In this document: in pieces, positions 61,241 through 64,000 of the stretch | Position numbering within the stretch: the first letter of the stretch is position 1 | Layout: the number at the start of each line of letters is the position of its first letter | Source of the DNA: an uncultured archaeon | Lineage (GTDB): Archaea > Thermoproteota > Bathyarchaeia > Bathyarchaeales > Bathycorpusculaceae | NCBI GenBank assembly: GCA_963810275.1 | Contig: CAWENF010000014.1 | Span: forward strand, 1 to 64,000 | Reading direction: 5' to 3' | DNA length: 64,000 nucleotides | Made by a program: the position numbers and the translations under genes | The notes under the pieces: model-generated | What the model was told of the DNA's origin: nothing | Database searches by the model: none | The model's input: only the letters and a program-made list of their open reading frames with translations

Positions 61241-61469
61241 AAAAGTCAGAAACTCCTTCACTTAAAAGATAGATTTTGTGAACTTTAAAACGTTGCAAAC
61301 GCGTTTAGCCAGCAGAGTTTTGTTGGTTTTTTAGTCTGTATCATGAGTTATCAAAGCTTTTCTGTGGTGTAGCAAGATTTACTGGTTTGATGCGCATTTC
61401 GGTTAGTAAAAGAAGAAGCAAGCGGAGAAGCAAAACCTTAATGTTGCTTATGCTTCCGCCGCTGGTCTC

Positions 61470-61860
61470 TCGGGCGTTAGTCGGTTACCTCATAAGCTGG
61501 CTGTATTATTCGCGTCAAAGAACATGAAAAACCCGACGTAACACCGAAAAAACGCGGAAACGAGGAAGGCTTAACTTTTATCCCGCGTTTGACAAAGAAC
61601 GCCTATCACAAGAAATCCGCCGGTAACGACGATGCCGTGCGCTTGGGTAGGGCTTGTTGTTGATGGTATGCAATCACAACGCCATTTATACCTTGTAGAG
61701 AGAAGTATTTCTTGCGAGAAATAGCCATCCAAGAGGTACACCCAAAGCTTGGCGGGTCAACTGTTAACTTGGGCATCAATCGCTCAAGACCCTAAAGGAA
61801 GGATTAGGGATCGCCTTTTGATTTGTGCCCTGTGTTTAACCGTGGTTGGTTCGCCAAGCC
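61470..61860 (+). ncRNA. Candidate large structured non-coding RNA (family not recognised)
   Basis: Five consecutive helical domains with G-U pairs favouring the + strand, and no ORF of 60 aa or more. Helix coordinates are in the findings. Confidence 0.6.
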
Positions 61861-61890
61861 TACTTTTAGTTACCCCTCCCCTCTAAGGGT

Positions 61891-62304
61891 ATGTCGTATC
61901 TATGTAGCAGTTATATGCTTTTTAGAAGTATTCATAGCTCCGTGAAAACCGTGAGTTATAAACAGCTAATGCATCCAAAAGTAAGCAAAGCCGAAATTGA
62001 AGTTTTCAAAACCCTCAGCACTCAGGGCTTAACAGGTGGCTTGGTCACCCAGCAACCTATTATCCTCAAATCCACCATACCCGACTTTTGCTGGGTGGAG
62101 AAACGCAAAATCATCTACCTTGACGGCAACCCAGTGCACAAAAAAGACAAGCAACTAAGAAAAGACGAGGAAATCGACGAGTTACTGGAGCAGCAAGGCT
62201 GGGATGTGCTACGCATTCCGTATGATCCACCTTTGACTGAGAAGGGTTTGCAGAAGGTAATGGCGCAGATTAAGCGATTTCTAAATGTCATCGACGATGA
62301 GTAA
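61891..62304 (+). CDS. DUF559/Vsr-like PD-(D/E)xK endonuclease domain protein
   Basis: SKAE, PDF, IYLDGNPVH and RKDEEIDELLEQQGWDVLRIPY. The true start may be GTG 61942. Confidence 0.8.
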   Translation: MSYLCSSYMLFRSIHSSVKTVSYKQLMHPKVSKAEIEVFKTLSTQGLTGGLVTQQPIILKSTIPDFCWVEKRKIIYLDGNPVHKKDKQLRKDEEIDELLEQQGWDVLRIPYDPPLTEKGLQKVMAQIKRFLNVIDDE

Positions 62305-62490
62305 ATAGTCTAAAGAATTCTCTTACTTCTTCGTTGTTATTTCGGGGAGTTTTTTAAATTTTTTTATTACAAAAACCAAAAATCCTTTTTTTAACCGCAG
62401 TCACGCCGAAAATATCTTTCTGGAGTCACAAAACGCAGAGCGCCGAAGGAAAAATTTTAGATGTGATAAAAGTATAACATACGCTTAGGT

Positions 62491-63174
62491 GTGACAGAAA
62501 TAGGCGACTCTCCGCATGTAACCTTCAAGCTTGGAACTGGAGAATCAAAAAGCGACCGCGAAATGCTGAAAAAGAAAAAAGATCAATACGAAAAGAATTG
62601 GTGCAAAACAGGAGCAAAAGTCCTCAAGAAAATAGAGTACTTATGCGGTGACTCATTCCCCAAGAAAGCTACACAAGACGGCATAACCGTCATTCTCCAC
62701 AAGAAGACCCCTAAAAGCCAAGTCAACGCCTACCTCAACGAACAAACGCCTCTTGAAATTCACTTGTATTTAAACAGGAACGACAAAACAGCAACAATGA
62801 AGGAACTCTTAATCCGTATGCTTACCCAATCGTTTATCCATCAACATTACGAGTTTCATTTTCGGATAAGAGAACAAACTCTTTTTGAAGACATCTTAGC
62901 AGACGAGTTGGTGACTTCTAAAATCAGTTTTATGGTTATAGGTCGGAAGCTGGGGCGGGCAAACTGCGCTAAAGCACTCGACGAAGCGGTAGAGCAGACG
63001 ATTTATCGATTATCACAGAAATCAGCGCGAGACAAGCTAACGGAGTTCACTTACTTTTTTTTTCAGGATTCTCAAGTTAAGGGTAAACAGCAGAAAACTG
63101 ACGTTTTAGCGAAACGTGAAGAGTTGATTGCAAAGTTGCTTGAGCTTCTGCCAAAAACAGTAATCATCGAATAA
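62491..63174 (+). CDS. Hypothetical protein
   Basis: 227-aa intact ORF. No motif recognised. Confidence 0.75.
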   Translation: MTEIGDSPHVTFKLGTGESKSDREMLKKKKDQYEKNWCKTGAKVLKKIEYLCGDSFPKKATQDGITVILHKKTPKSQVNAYLNEQTPLEIHLYLNRNDKTATMKELLIRMLTQSFIHQHYEFHFRIREQTLFEDILADELVTSKISFMVIGRKLGRANCAKALDEAVEQTIYRLSQKSARDKLTEFTYFFFQDSQVKGKQQKTDVLAKREELIAKLLELLPKTVIIE

Positions 63175-63190
63175 ACTTAAAAATAAATAG

Positions 63191-63305
63191 TGGCGCCGAG
63201 AGGGGGATTTGAACCCCCGTGGCCCCGAAAGACCACAAGCTGTCAGGTACCACCTGAAGAGGTGAATCTCCAGGCTTGCTCCCTGCCGGGCTAGGAGACC
63301 TCGGC
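63191..63305 (-). tRNA. tRNA-Ser(GGA) with a 26-nt intron at 37/38, CCA encoded
   Basis: CAAGC-CT GGA G[ATTCACCTCTTCAGGTGGTACCTGAC]A-GCTTG with a BHB-like junction. Long variable arm GTGGTC-TTTCGG-GGCCAC-like. T-loop TTCAAAT. Confidence 0.93.
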
Positions 63306-63596
63306 ACACACATAGCAGGTTTGCACAACTTTCTTGAGTTACGCAGAATTTAAAGGTTTATCGGAAAAAACAGCACAAGAAGTAAGGCTTGAGGTAACTT
63401 CAATCTGTGCCACATATTAATTGCGGCGGATTAACATAGAGTCTATTATGGTATGTACAAGATAAGGTGTTGCCACATCGCGTCAGGCGCCAGGAAACGT
63501 TCTGAATCAACGAAGCAGCGGCAAGCGCAAGCAGTCGTCTGATGCACATGTAATTTGCCATACGCACATTAAGAGAAAAAATAAAAAAAGGAGCTA

Positions 63597-64000
63597 CTAG
63601 ACGCCTGCCCAGAACGGAACCTTCTTGCGCATCATGTTGACGTATTCTTTAAGCAGTTCCTGCTCGGGAAGAGTCAAGTCCTCATTGTGTGTTGTCAAAA
63701 GCGCCTTCGCATCCGCCTCAGGCACCTTCACATAAAGCACGTCACGCTCAAACACGTGTCTACCAGCGATTGGTTTATCCATGGAAATCGCCACCTGCAT
63801 ACCAGCTTTAGCTTCACGAATTGATTTGCCTTCGTCCTGCACCTGCTGCACCTCGCCTAACTCAGAGCCGTCTTCAGCGCGCATAAGCGACACCCTCGGC
63901 TTGATGCGGCCAGCCTGAACCTCCACACCTATCACTAAAGGTTTAGCGCGGCGAAAAATACAGTTAGGCAGTACCATGATTTTGCCCGGCTTATATAGTG
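63597..64000 (-). CDS. infB: Translation initiation factor aIF5B/IF2, C-terminal part (5' end outside the window)
   Basis: IFRRAKPLVIGVEVQAGRIKP...AKAGMQVAISM...GRHVFERDVLYV. Confidence 0.93.
   Translation of the reverse strand, partial: LYKPGKIMVLPNCIFRRAKPLVIGVEVQAGRIKPRVSLMRAEDGSELGEVQQVQDEGKSIREAKAGMQVAISMDKPIAGRHVFERDVLYVKVPEADAKALLTTHNEDLTLPEQELLKEYVNMMRKKVPFWAGV

Noticed and set aside
61470-61860. Group II intron (GTGCG at 61637), RNase P RNA or SRP RNA as the identity of the structured region
   Set aside because: No domain V/VI or RT ORF, no RNase P P4 consensus and no SRP helix 8 motif seen on either strand. Not excluded without a covariance search.
57600-63190. Integrated mobile element at tRNA-Ser
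   Set aside because: No integrase or transposase, and no duplicated tRNA 3' end seen.
63480-63550. Hammerhead ribozyme (GAAAC, GTC and CTGATG present)
   Set aside because: There is no room for stem I between GTC and CTGATG, and the CUGAUGA core is incomplete.

Overview
This is an archaeal chromosomal window, most consistent with Bathyarchaeia (TACK). The evidence is a stand-alone MtrH, Topo VI, a thermosome subunit, L14e, Cbf5, aCPSF1/FttA, a proteasome beta subunit, SepF, aIF5B and a BHB-intron tRNA. Most of it is housekeeping: translation and RNA modification, proteostasis, Fe/K transport, Ser/Gly metabolism and five tRNAs. I saw no CRISPR array, transposase, integrase or rRNA. Several genes, including the normally essential egsA, are broken by single-base indels, which points to assembly error. 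The most interesting signals are non-coding or very small. (1) A ~400-nt multi-domain, G-U-rich structured region at 61.47-61.86 kb sits directly upstream of a DUF559/Vsr-like nuclease gene. (2) A ~75-nt leader before queT-queC can form a pseudoknot onto its own Shine-Dalgarno sequence, making it a candidate archaeal preQ0/preQ1 riboswitch. (3) Two tRNA-Thr genes have non-canonical T-loops, one with paired D-loop/T-loop changes. (4) A 22-aa Glu/Trp micropeptide has a strong RBS. (5) There is a box C/D sRNA. (6) An array of DtxR-type operators precedes dtxR-feoB. All RNA structures were paired by eye and all family assignments come from motif recognition, not database searches.
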